Positions 1 to 9,692 of a DNA stretch of 51,278 bases are shown here, piece after piece. The notes beneath the pieces are model-generated. The model saw only the letters and a program-made list of their open reading frames with translations. It ran no database searches and was not told the origin of the DNA. The position numbers were made by a program, and so were the translations under genes. Location: positions 1-51,278 of the forward strand of contig CALQZC010000003.1 in the NCBI GenBank assembly GCA_943349045.1, read 5' to 3'. Each line of letters opens with the position of its first letter. Within the stretch, counting starts at the first letter, position 1. The DNA comes from Candidatus Peribacteria bacterium. GTDB taxonomy: Bacteria; Patescibacteriota; Gracilibacteria; UBA1369; UBA12463.

Positions 1-55
1 CGGCAATAGAAGAAATATTATTCCTGAAATCTTTGATAGCGATAGTTTTAGCCAT
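1..55 (-). CDS. 5' fragment (runs off window) of a probable Phd/YefM-family antitoxin
   Basis: Manual translation from ATG 55: MAKTIAIKDFRNNISSIA, resembling the Phd/YefM N-terminus; GTAC-core repeats just upstream. Only 18 aa visible. Confidence 0.5.
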   Translation of the reverse strand, partial: MAKTIAIKDFRNNISSIA

Positions 56-58
56 ATA

Positions 59-80
59 AAGTACGTTAAAATGTACACTT
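59..80. promoter_or_regulatory. Candidate YefM-type operator
   Basis: AAGTACGT-TAAAA-TGTACACTT; GTAC cores at 61-64 and 73-76, 12 bp apart, as in the E. coli yefM-yoeB operator. Confidence 0.4.
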
Positions 81-218
81 AAATGGTAACTCAAGATCAG
101 ATAAAAGTCAATATAGATACGAAATAGGGTGGCCAACCAAAGCTAAAACTCGCTCAAAGCTTGCTATAAAACAAGAAAATGGTAAAATGCAGACATAAAT
201 TTATTAATATTCCAAGCG

Positions 219-587
219 ATGGCAAAGAGAAATACGATTGAAAAACCAATAGAAATAAAGGATGAAGATGCACAAAACGCGATACAAACCTATGCAAATC
301 AAAAGTTTAATCATGGCATTGTAGTAGGAGCGACAATTACGAGCTTGATTGCAACATTCGGTATTGCAATCAAACAAGGAGTAAAACGACAATCAGGTTT
401 AAATGATGCCATCAGCTGTGTTGAATCCGAAGTGTATGTACAAAATTCAAAGGGCTGGGTAGGTCCTAAAAGAAGTGAGGAGGCTATTATTACTCAGTGC
501 GCCGAAAGCAGAACAGAAGCGCAGGCAGTTAGAGAGCACCGTATAGAAAATCCTACCATGAATGCTGTCCAAGCAGGTAGCAAATAG
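219..587 (+). CDS. Hypothetical membrane protein
   Basis: 122-aa ORF with one hydrophobic segment (GIVVGATITSLIATFGIAI). Confidence 0.6.
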   Translation: MAKRNTIEKPIEIKDEDAQNAIQTYANQKFNHGIVVGATITSLIATFGIAIKQGVKRQSGLNDAISCVESEVYVQNSKGWVGPKRSEEAIITQCAESRTEAQAVREHRIENPTMNAVQAGSK

Positions 588-637
588 GGATCGTCAGAAC
601 TTCCCTTCCGACCGACAATCCACTACACTACCCTCGC

Positions 638-2071
638 ATGAAACCCATTCGACTTTTTTTTGGCATCATCAAAGTACCGCTCGATTTTGCGCTTACCATA
701 GCGGCATTTTCGCTGGCGTTGAAGCTCAGAACCCTCCCCTACTTTGCGTCATTTCAAAACCCTTTTGATCTAACGACCCTTCCTTCACCAGAAGAGCTCA
801 CCACATTTACCCTCAAGTGTGCCTCGCTCCTCGTGGTAATTTTCGCGATGAACCAGATGTACTCATTGAAAGTTTCGCGACCACTCAGCCGTGACCTGGC
901 AAAAATGTTCTTCATCATCTTTGCGTGGATCATGATGATCATCGCCTACTTCTTTGTGATCAGAACATTTCCATTCTCGCGCCTCTTTCTCATCTACGCC
1001 ACCGTTCTCGCCGCCCTCTTTCTCACGTTCTATCGGGTCGTACTTCACCTCATCAAACAGGCACTCCTCCGACGCGGCATCGGACAGTATCGCATAGCCA
1101 TCATCGGAGAAAATGCATTCGCACAGGACTTCACGAAAAAAATTGCCAATCACATCGACTACAAACTCCTCGGATTTATTGGCGAAACATCGCGTCATGA
1201 AAATCGTCCAGACTTTCTCGGAACCATCGGAACTCTGAGAAGCACGATCGAAAAGCATAATATTGAACAGGTCATTCAGGCGGAAAATGTCAACAAATAC
1301 GGTCCGGATATTCTTGCGACCTGCCGAAGTATGCACGTGAAGTACACCTTCGTACCTGATCTCATGGAGGTACAACGCTCGAACGTTGAGATTTACACCA
1401 TGCGTGGAATTCCGCTTATTGAACTCAAACCTACGCCACTCGATGGCTGGGGAAAAGTCATGAAACGCACATTTGATATTATCGGCTCTACCCTGGGGCT
1501 CATCATCTGCACACCATTTTTTCTCCTCATCGCCATCGCGATCAAGATAGATTCACGGGGTCCCGTATTCTTCACAAAACTTGATGATGGCAAACCGGTA
1601 CTCCGAATTGGTCAGTACGGCACACGATTCAAATTTTACAAGTTCAGAACCATGCACCCAAACACCCACAATCAGCGCTACACCACACTCGCTGCGCATA
1701 ATCTTCGTAAAAACTCCCCTCTCGTAAAAATCAAGAATGACCCACGCATCACACGAGTCGGAAAACTCATGCGACGTCTCTCTATCGACGAACTTCCACA
1801 ACTCTGGAACGTCCTCATCGGCAACATGAGCCTCGTCGGTCCACGCCCTCACTTCCCCGAAGAGGTAGAAAAATATTCCCAAAGTGATCGCTTCGTCCTC
1901 GAGGCAAAACCGGGCATTACCGGCATTTCTCAAATCTCCGGCCGCTCCGATCTCGACTTCAAAGAAGAGGTCCACCTCGACACCTATTACATCCAGAACT
2001 GGTCCCTCGACCTCGACCTCAAAATCCTTTTCAAGACGGTGGGGATAGTACTACGAGGATATAAGGAGTAA
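638..2071 (+). CDS. Polyprenyl-phosphate sugar phosphotransferase (WcaJ/WbaP/CpsE family)
   Basis: N-terminal TM helices, then [50 protein letters not shown]. Confidence 0.95.
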   Translation: MKPIRLFFGIIKVPLDFALTIAAFSLALKLRTLPYFASFQNPFDLTTLPSPEELTTFTLKCASLLVVIFAMNQMYSLKVSRPLSRDLAKMFFIIFAWIMMIIAYFFVIRTFPFSRLFLIYATVLAALFLTFYRVVLHLIKQALLRRGIGQYRIAIIGENAFAQDFTKKIANHIDYKLLGFIGETSRHENRPDFLGTIGTLRSTIEKHNIEQVIQAENVNKYGPDILATCRSMHVKYTFVPDLMEVQRSNVEIYTMRGIPLIELKPTPLDGWGKVMKRTFDIIGSTLGLIICTPFFLLIAIAIKIDSRGPVFFTKLDDGKPVLRIGQYGTRFKFYKFRTMHPNTHNQRYTTLAAHNLRKNSPLVKIKNDPRITRVGKLMRRLSIDELPQLWNVLIGNMSLVGPRPHFPEEVEKYSQSDRFVLEAKPGITGISQISGRSDLDFKEEVHLDTYYIQNWSLDLDLKILFKTVGIVLRGYKE

Positions 2072-2110
2072 ACTGACGAAGTCATACCCTATTTTTTTAC
2101 ACACGAATAT

Positions 2111-2644
2111 ATGAATACAAAGCTCAAGGCTTCAACGTACATCATCGCAACCCTCGCTGCCCTGGCAACAAATACCACAGCTTTCGCAGTCACCTCCTAC
2201 AAAGACATCAAGTCCTACAAGGATCAAAAGAGCTATATCGATTCTTTGAGTAGAAAATTGGACTCGACATACCGTGCTGAAAAAACAAAGGTAAAAACCA
2301 CGATAAATAAGCAGAAAAAAGCCTACAAGGATTACGCGAAGTCAAATCCCGACAATTCTGAAAAAGCAGAGCAAACGTATAAAGACCAAAAATCATATCT
2401 TGAGAACATTTTGGCAGAGGCGCAGACATCATATAAAGATCAGAAGTCGTATCTTCAAGAAATCCTGAGCGACTCGAAATCAAACAAAGAGGATATTGCG
2501 TATCTCCAGGAAAAAAGCCAAAAAGCCGAACAAACGTACAAGGATCAAATCACCTACAAGCAGGACGTGAAGTACAAATCAGATAAGTCCTACTCTGATA
2601 TGAAAGCATCGTTCACCAAGCCAAATACGAATAACGAAGACTAG
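2111..2644 (+). CDS. Secreted protein with YKDQKSY-type repeats
   Basis: Signal peptide ending AFA; repeated (S/T)YKDQKSY and KAEQTYKDQ units. Confidence 0.75.
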   Translation: MNTKLKASTYIIATLAALATNTTAFAVTSYKDIKSYKDQKSYIDSLSRKLDSTYRAEKTKVKTTINKQKKAYKDYAKSNPDNSEKAEQTYKDQKSYLENILAEAQTSYKDQKSYLQEILSDSKSNKEDIAYLQEKSQKAEQTYKDQITYKQDVKYKSDKSYSDMKASFTKPNTNNED

Positions 2645-3663
2645 TCCCGCTCGTATTTTTCGATAAATGCTTCGTAAGATTCTGGTTGAAAAATATAGTC
2701 GTACGCTCCAACAAAATTGAGCTGTTCTCCGCCAAATCCAGATTTAAAAGCACTCAAACCGTGCCAGTCGTGAGTCTCATCTTTGAGCGATGGCGAGACA
2801 CCCCAAAAGTCATACTCCGTGCATGACTGCCGCTTAGCATCCATCATGATACTCCAATGCAATGCATAGGGCGCCATGAGGTTGCGATGCACATTTCCGG
2901 AAGCGCCATAAAGATACGTTGCTCTTTCGGCAAACGTCACCACAAGAGCACTTGCGAGCGACACACCTTCATGCTCCGCGATATAAAGCGACACACGATC
3001 TCCCATCGTCTTGAGAAGTATTTCAAAAAACTCGAGCGATTTTTTTTCAAAACCATCACGAATTGAAGTCTCTTCATACAAAGCATAAAACACACTAAGT
3101 TCATCAAAAGTGGCCTTCCTCACGATCACGCCTCGTTTTTCTGCCAAGCGAATATTGTATCGACACTTCTGTTTCATCTCAGCCAGAAGGGTCTCGGAAG
3201 ATTTTTGTAAATCAACCACACGAGTGTGCTTTGGCATGAGATTAAGAGGCGCCTTGCTCCAACCCAAAAGAAGCCAAGAAGGAAGTTCTTGAGTTCGAAT
3301 CTCCATCCGAATATGCGTCGTACGTATCTCCGGCGTCAGAGAAACAATTCGGTGAAGAGCAGTCTCAAGAGCTCGCCACTGCCAAAAAAGCATATCATGA
3401 TCGCTAAAGTTCATAACCGGACCCTCGGGAATATAGAGAAAATTCGTATCATTCGTACAGGAAAACTCATGGACAACACATCCTCCAACCAACTCCTGGG
3501 ACTTCAAGTCAAAAATACCGATTTTATATGTTTCCCAATGATCATGCTGTTTGAAATCCGCCCACGAAAACAACTGATGAAAGCCAGAAAATGAAGACCG
3601 AGCCACAAGCTCTTCCCACCTCGACTGAAGTTCTGGAGAAATGTATGCACAAAAATAAGACAT
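2641..3663 (-). CDS. FemABX-family peptidoglycan aminoacyl transferase
   Basis: YIPEGP, MKQKCRYNIRLAEKRGV, YLYGAS, YDFWGV, FKSGFGG; start uncertain (3663 or 3672). Confidence 0.9.
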   Translation of the reverse strand: MSYFCAYISPELQSRWEELVARSSFSGFHQLFSWADFKQHDHWETYKIGIFDLKSQELVGGCVVHEFSCTNDTNFLYIPEGPVMNFSDHDMLFWQWRALETALHRIVSLTPEIRTTHIRMEIRTQELPSWLLLGWSKAPLNLMPKHTRVVDLQKSSETLLAEMKQKCRYNIRLAEKRGVIVRKATFDELSVFYALYEETSIRDGFEKKSLEFFEILLKTMGDRVSLYIAEHEGVSLASALVVTFAERATYLYGASGNVHRNLMAPYALHWSIMMDAKRQSCTEYDFWGVSPSLKDETHDWHGLSAFKSGFGGEQLNFVGAYDYIFQPESYEAFIEKYERD

Positions 3664-3781
3664 CGAAGACATGCTAACAATAAAACCCAACGGAATACAA
3701 GCCCTAAACCTTGTGTTTTGGCTTCAAGTAACCTAGAATACCTAGGCTTTTTAGCGAAACTTTGAACTTTACCAAAATCAC

Positions 3782-6358
3782 ATGCTCCGAAAAATTATTA
3801 ACGCTATTCTCGGCGATCCAAATGAGAAAGAGATTCGATCAATTCTTCCGCTCGTAGAGCGAACAAACGAGTGGTTTGAGAAGTACCAGACCGAGCTCAC
3901 GACAGACGAAGATTTTCCAAAAAAGACGGAGGAGTTCAAAGAGCGAATTGCCAACGGTGAGTCACTGGACAGTCTGCTTCCAGAGGCGTTTGGGCTGGTA
4001 AAAGCCGCCTGTGTGCGACTCTGTGGCCGAAGTTGGGATGTATCTGGCAATCCACAGGAGTGGGAGATGGTTCCGTATAACGTGCAAATTATTGGAGGAG
4101 CCGTCCTGCATCGTGGAAAAATTGCCGAGATGAAAACCGGTGAAGGTAAAACACTCGTCTGTACCTTTCCTGTCTATCTCAATGCGCTCAGTGGAAAAGG
4201 TGTCTGGGTGGTCACGGTCAACGATTACCTCGCGCGACGTGATGCTGAGTGGATGGGTGGACTGCATAAATTTCTCGGTCTCACTGTGGGAACGATTAGA
4301 CACGACCAGTCACACGAAGAAAAAAAACTCGCCTACGAGTGTGACATCGTCTACGGAACGAACAACGAATTTGGTTTCGACTACCTCCGTGACAACATGG
4401 CAACAAACAAAGAACAGATGGTACAGCGAGGTCTTAATTATGGGCTTATTGATGAGGTTGATTCGATCTTGATCGATGAAGCACGAACACCACTTATTAT
4501 TTCGGCACCGGCAGAAGAGTCTACCTCGAAGTACCAAGAATATGCTCAAATCGTAAAACAGTTAGAAAAAGATCGGGACTTTCTTCTCGATGAAAAAGTG
4601 AAAGCGGCATTTCTGACCGATGCTGGTATCTCACGACTCGAGGGCATTCTCGGTGTTGATAATATTTATACCGATGCCGGATTCTCGGAAGTTCATCACC
4701 TCGAGCAGGCGCTAAAGGCATATGCTGCCTACAAAAACGACGTCGACTATGTTGTGAAAGATGGAGAAATTCTGATCGTGGATGAGTTTACCGGACGTCT
4801 GATGTCCGGCCGCCGTTACTCAGATGGGCTTCACCAGGCGATCGAGGCAAAAGAAGGCGTCGAGATTAAACGTGAGAGCCGAACACTCGCAACCGTCACG
4901 CTGCAGAACTTTTTTCGACTCTTCAACAAACTCGCCGGTATGACCGGTACAGCGCAGACAGAAGCCGAGGAGTTCGTACAGATTTATGGACTGGAAACGA
5001 TCATCATTCCAACGTACCGACCAGTCAACCGCGATGATGTCACCGACGCGATCTTCAAAAATCAGCGTGGAAAATTTCTCGCAACCGTAGAGAAAATTAA
5101 AGAACTTCACCTGAAAGGTCAGCCAGTACTTGTCGGTACTATCTCTGTTGAGCGTTCAGAATTAATCAGTGAACTTTTGAAGCGTCAGGGAATTCCACAT
5201 AATGTTTTGAACGCGAAAAATCACGCGCATGAAGCGGAAATCGTGAAGAATGCCGGTCAACGAGGTGCTGTTACCATCGCGACCAATATGGCCGGGCGTG
5301 GCACCGATATCAAACTTGGCGAGGGCGTAGTAGAGCTCGGTGGCCTCTTCGTGCTTGGCACAGAACGTCACGAGTCGCGACGTATCGATAATCAGCTCCG
5401 CGGTCGATCTGGACGTCAGGGCGATCCAGGTACGAGTCAGTTTTTCGTCTCAATGGAAGACGACCTTATGCGACTTTTTGGATCAGATCGAGTCCAGCGA
5501 ATGATGGAGGCTCTGAAAATTCCAGAGGACATGCCAATCGAGAATCGGCTTATTTCTGGCGCTATCGAGAGTGCGCAAAAAAAAGTTGAAGGCCATCACT
5601 TCGATGTTCGTAAGCACCTCGTGCAGTATGACGATGTCATGAACATGCACCGTGAAATTATTTACAGCCGACGACGAAAAGTACTCTTCAGTGATGATAT
5701 CAAGAATGATGTTTTCCTGAGTATCAGCGAAGTTGCAGAAGGCATTGTTCGTAACTACACCGGCGTACTTCCACCAAATGAGTGGGACCTCGAGAAAATC
5801 GCCGAAGAAATTCGGGCGATCGAAGGCAGCCCTTCAAAACCGCTGACCGTTGAAGATATGAAGGGTGCGAGAACACCAGAAGAACTCGTAGAAAAAGTAA
5901 AAACCTATCTATTTGAGGAGTACGACTTTCGTGAAAAGAAACTCCCAAGCAGTGAAATCATGCGAAATGTTGAACGAAATATTTCACTTCGTATTGTCGA
6001 TGATCTCTGGATGGCACACATCGAAAACATGCAAGGCCTCCGCGAAGCAATCAGTCTCCGTGGCTATGCACAGCGCGATCCACTCATCGAATATAAACAG
6101 GAAGGATTCATGGCATTCGAAAAACTCCTCGCCAATATTCGATTCAACTGCGTGAACACGCTTTTCAAGATCGAGATTACCGTCACAAATCAAGAAGAGC
6201 TGGCCCCAAAACCGCCAAGAAAAATGATGACGAACGAGGCTCAGATCGAGTCAGTCATCTCTGGCGCCGTCCATAACGAACCAACCGTCGGCCGCAACGA
6301 CCCATGCCCATGCGGCAGCGGCAAGAAGTATAAGAAATGCCACGGCGCAGAAGCATAA
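3782..6358 (+). CDS. secA: Preprotein translocase subunit SecA
   Basis: [40 protein letters not shown]-terminal [23 protein letters not shown]. Confidence 0.99.
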   Translation: MLRKIINAILGDPNEKEIRSILPLVERTNEWFEKYQTELTTDEDFPKKTEEFKERIANGESLDSLLPEAFGLVKAACVRLCGRSWDVSGNPQEWEMVPYNVQIIGGAVLHRGKIAEMKTGEGKTLVCTFPVYLNALSGKGVWVVTVNDYLARRDAEWMGGLHKFLGLTVGTIRHDQSHEEKKLAYECDIVYGTNNEFGFDYLRDNMATNKEQMVQRGLNYGLIDEVDSILIDEARTPLIISAPAEESTSKYQEYAQIVKQLEKDRDFLLDEKVKAAFLTDAGISRLEGILGVDNIYTDAGFSEVHHLEQALKAYAAYKNDVDYVVKDGEILIVDEFTGRLMSGRRYSDGLHQAIEAKEGVEIKRESRTLATVTLQNFFRLFNKLAGMTGTAQTEAEEFVQIYGLETIIIPTYRPVNRDDVTDAIFKNQRGKFLATVEKIKELHLKGQPVLVGTISVERSELISELLKRQGIPHNVLNAKNHAHEAEIVKNAGQRGAVTIATNMAGRGTDIKLGEGVVELGGLFVLGTERHESRRIDNQLRGRSGRQGDPGTSQFFVSMEDDLMRLFGSDRVQRMMEALKIPEDMPIENRLISGAIESAQKKVEGHHFDVRKHLVQYDDVMNMHREIIYSRRRKVLFSDDIKNDVFLSISEVAEGIVRNYTGVLPPNEWDLEKIAEEIRAIEGSPSKPLTVEDMKGARTPEELVEKVKTYLFEEYDFREKKLPSSEIMRNVERNISLRIVDDLWMAHIENMQGLREAISLRGYAQRDPLIEYKQEGFMAFEKLLANIRFNCVNTLFKIEITVTNQEELAPKPPRKMMTNEAQIESVISGAVHNEPTVGRNDPCPCGSGKKYKKCHGAEA

Positions 6359-6369
6359 AAAATGACTCC

Positions 6370-6966
6370 ATGAAGGAAGCTCTCATCATTCACGGGTACA
6401 ACGGCACCAAAGATGGAAACTGGTTTCCATGGCTCAAGCACGAACTTGAACAGCTCAACTTCCACGTCGACTGCCCCCAGTTTCCCCACGCCGATGAACC
6501 GCAAGAACAAGAGTGGACACACACCATAAAAGAGCTCTGGAAGCCAGAAAATAAGCCATCACCAGAAACCACATTTCGAACCATCGTCGGGCACAGCCTC
6601 GGCGGAACCGAGGTTCTTCGCGCGCTCGAACTCGACTGGGCAACACCCATCGATCTTGCCGTAATCGTCGCCGCCACCAACAATGACTCGCGCCGTCCGG
6701 CGCTCGCCAACTTTTTCACCACACCCTTCGACTTCAAAAAAATCGCCCGCAACTGCAAAAAATTCATCCTGATTTTTTCCGACAACGACCCCCACATCAA
6801 CCTCGAAACCGGTCCCTACTTCCAACACCAGCTCAACTCTGAAGACTCACCAGCGGAACTCTTCATGCTGCACGAAGCCGGCCACCTCATGAAAAGCGAC
6901 GGCTACGAAGAGTTTCCGATGTTGCTGGAGCTGATTAAAAAGGCTTCATCCCAGCAAGCTAGTTAG
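6370..6966 (+). CDS. RBBP9/YdeN-family alpha/beta hydrolase
   Basis: IIHGY, NWFPWL, GHSLGG elbow, SDNDP, AGH; start moved to ATG 6370. Confidence 0.9.
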   Translation: MKEALIIHGYNGTKDGNWFPWLKHELEQLNFHVDCPQFPHADEPQEQEWTHTIKELWKPENKPSPETTFRTIVGHSLGGTEVLRALELDWATPIDLAVIVAATNNDSRRPALANFFTTPFDFKKIARNCKKFILIFSDNDPHINLETGPYFQHQLNSEDSPAELFMLHEAGHLMKSDGYEEFPMLLELIKKASSQQAS

Positions 6967-7035
6967 CTTCAAAAAAATCCCTGTCTGCGCGTTTCCGCAT
7001 TTTATTCTAGAATTACTACATTAACTCGAGGTTCC

Positions 7036-8592
7036 CTAACTTCCATTAAACGTACTCGTAAGGCCTTCTTCTCGCTGTGCGGCAAGTCGATTACGCTCTT
7101 CTTTTACAGCTGGATCATTATCAACATAGTAAGAATGACAGATCTGAACCGCTTTTTTACGATTACTCTGATCAATCAAGTAGCTAATTCGAATCTGATT
7201 TTTTCCGTGAGAAACAGAGTAGATATTAATACCAAAGGCACCGAGTGTTGAAGAAATAGAACCAAGAACAGAAGGACGATCTTTAAGTTCAGTGCCAATA
7301 AATGAAAGAGCGGCAAATTTCTCCTTATCCCACTCGGTCTTCTGAACATCAAAACGCTCACCCTTCACTTCAATAGTTTTGCAACTATCAATTACCTCAC
7401 GAATCCGTAATCGAGTGGCCTGACGATCAGCAGCATCCTGAGGTAAAGGAATACTAAAAGTAATACTTGTACCCTCGCAGCAGATAAGATCAAGACTAAT
7501 ATTATGCTCTGCGAACTTCGCCGTAAGAACCGCTCCAAATCCAGGCTCATCAGCCATTTCAGGAATAGTAAATGTAAGGGCATCAACATAAGGATTCGTG
7601 ACAATATCCTTGAATAAATAACGAGTATCAACGGAACCCGTCGTAATATTGGTACCAAAATCAGGATCAAGGCGTTTTAAATTTCGAATTCGCACACCCA
7701 TGCCATTTTGAAGTGCATAAGAAAGTGCACGCACATTAATAATTCCGCTTCCAGCAGCGGCATTTTCAAGCGCCTCAGCAATAGAAACATCTTCATGAAG
7801 TCGAGGCTTGTTACCTGGCCCCAGATCCTTGGGATTCGCAGTATAGATACCATCAACATCCTTCCAGAATGTTGGATCTGGAGTGGTTTCACCAAGATCA
7901 CGAAGTGCCTGATTGACATTCGTACCCATAATATCACTATAACCACGCCCCTGATGCGGAACCATGCCACGGGGAGTTCCGCGCATATGACCGCCAAAAA
8001 TACGAATAACATCACTCTGAACCCTCTGAAGTGCCTGAATAATTCCGGCTTTTTTTGCAGCACTAACTCTTGTATTGGTAACTTCTCCGTGACTCAAAAG
8101 ATCCTGATCAGCTTGAACATTTTCAACATGAACCGCCTGCTTACCTTCTTGCTCAAGGTACATCTGTAAGAACGCCGCCGCCATATCTTCACCAAAACCA
8201 ATAATCTGATCTCGAATCTGAAAAGAGCCATCAACTGGCTTAAGAACACTGGAAACAGCCTTATGTGTCATCAGTGAGTGGCGAATAATATCAAAACTTG
8301 AGTTATATTTCTGTCGAACTCTTTCAGAAAAATCGCCCTGAAAAAACTTCTCAATCATCTCATGATGTTTTTGACCAACGGACTGAAAAGCTGCATCAAT
8401 ATCACTCTCTAAATAATGAGTACCACTCAATCTATCCATCGCGGCCGTAAGCATATTCGTTACTCCTTCAAAGGCAGAAACAACATAGACAATATTCCAG
8501 TTACGCTTTTCGAGAACACCCGTAAGGTTGCCAATAACATCGAGTTGAACCATATTGGCTCCTCCAATTTTATGAACAGTAGTAAGATTCAT
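7036..8592 (-). CDS. lysC: Divergent aspartate kinase with C-terminal ACT domains
   Basis: HKIGG, VVSA..GVTNML, GFGE, GRGYSD, KDVDGIYTANP, two ACT-like domains. Confidence 0.8.
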   Translation of the reverse strand: MNLTTVHKIGGANMVQLDVIGNLTGVLEKRNWNIVYVVSAFEGVTNMLTAAMDRLSGTHYLESDIDAAFQSVGQKHHEMIEKFFQGDFSERVRQKYNSSFDIIRHSLMTHKAVSSVLKPVDGSFQIRDQIIGFGEDMAAAFLQMYLEQEGKQAVHVENVQADQDLLSHGEVTNTRVSAAKKAGIIQALQRVQSDVIRIFGGHMRGTPRGMVPHQGRGYSDIMGTNVNQALRDLGETTPDPTFWKDVDGIYTANPKDLGPGNKPRLHEDVSIAEALENAAAGSGIINVRALSYALQNGMGVRIRNLKRLDPDFGTNITTGSVDTRYLFKDIVTNPYVDALTFTIPEMADEPGFGAVLTAKFAEHNISLDLICCEGTSITFSIPLPQDAADRQATRLRIREVIDSCKTIEVKGERFDVQKTEWDKEKFAALSFIGTELKDRPSVLGSISSTLGAFGINIYSVSHGKNQIRISYLIDQSNRKKAVQICHSYYVDNDPAVKEERNRLAAQREEGLTSTFNGS

Positions 8593-8674
8593 TTTTTCCT
8601 TTTATAGGAAACCTACATTAAAGAATCGGCTCCATGCCGTCAATATTGACCTATATAAAAAATCTGGGTCAGTC

Positions 8675-9673
8675 CTATTTCTTCCTCTCCCAATTCCACG
8701 CACTCTCGATAATATCACGCAGGGCGGCGCGTTTTGGCTCCCAGCCGAGGACTTCACGGGCCTTGGTACTATCGGCGACGAGGGCAACGGGATCGCCTTC
8801 ACGGCGAGGCTCTTCGACAGAAGGCAATTTTCCACCAACAACTTCTTCAGCCACAGACACGATATCGCGAACCGTAAATCCAGCTCCATTTCCCAAATTA
8901 AATACATCACTCGCACCGCCATCAAAAAGATATTTGAGAGCAAGGACATGCGCATCAACCAGATCATTCACATGAATGTAATCACGAACACAGGTACCGT
9001 CTTTTGTTGGATAATCAGCGCCATACATTTCGATACGAGGTAACTCCCCTTTCGCAACCTGGAGCACACGTGGAATCAAATGCGTCTCGTGTGGATGCCA
9101 CTCACCAATCTCACCCGAAGCATCGGCGCCCGCCGCATTGAAGTACCGCAACGCTACATAGTGAAAATCACGTCCCTCTTTATCTGACTCAATCTTCAAA
9201 CGTTTCTCAAACTCAAGTTTCGTCGTCCCATAATAATTCACCGGGTGGAGACTCGCGTCTTCGGAGATAGGAACCGTTTCTGGCTCACCATAGACCGCCG
9301 CCGTCGAGGAGAAAATGAAATATTTCACACCAAATTCTTCACAGATACGGAGTAAGCGTTCACCGCACACCACATTATTATAATAAAAATCCTCGCGCTC
9401 TTTCCCTGAAAGACCCGCTTCGATACGACCGGCAAAATGCATCACCGCGGTAATCGGCATACCTCGCTCTTTTTGCTGCTGGAAAAGATCCCGCATCAGC
9501 GCGGTATCACCAATATCCGTTTCAAAAAAATGTGCCTCAGGTGGCACGAACTCACGGTGGCCGCCTTTCAAATTATCAACCACCGTCACATCGTATGCTT
9601 CTTGCAAAAGCGCACGGACCGCATGTGATCCGATGTAGCCAGCTCCGCCGGTAACGAGAATATGCTGTTTCAT
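8675..9673 (-). CDS. galE: UDP-glucose 4-epimerase
   Basis: LVTGGAGYIGSH, FSSTAAVYG, YGTTK, LRYFNAAGA, DGTCVRDYIHV. Confidence 0.97.
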   Translation of the reverse strand: MKQHILVTGGAGYIGSHAVRALLQEAYDVTVVDNLKGGHREFVPPEAHFFETDIGDTALMRDLFQQQKERGMPITAVMHFAGRIEAGLSGKEREDFYYNNVVCGERLLRICEEFGVKYFIFSSTAAVYGEPETVPISEDASLHPVNYYGTTKLEFEKRLKIESDKEGRDFHYVALRYFNAAGADASGEIGEWHPHETHLIPRVLQVAKGELPRIEMYGADYPTKDGTCVRDYIHVNDLVDAHVLALKYLFDGGASDVFNLGNGAGFTVRDIVSVAEEVVGGKLPSVEEPRREGDPVALVADSTKAREVLGWEPKRAALRDIIESAWNWERKK

Positions 9674-9692
9674 ACATCATGCAAATCAAAAA

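Noticed and set aside
7028-7041. 14-mer GAGGTTCCCTAACT also present inverted near 27755-27768
   Set aside because: Matches of this length are expected by chance in 51 kb.
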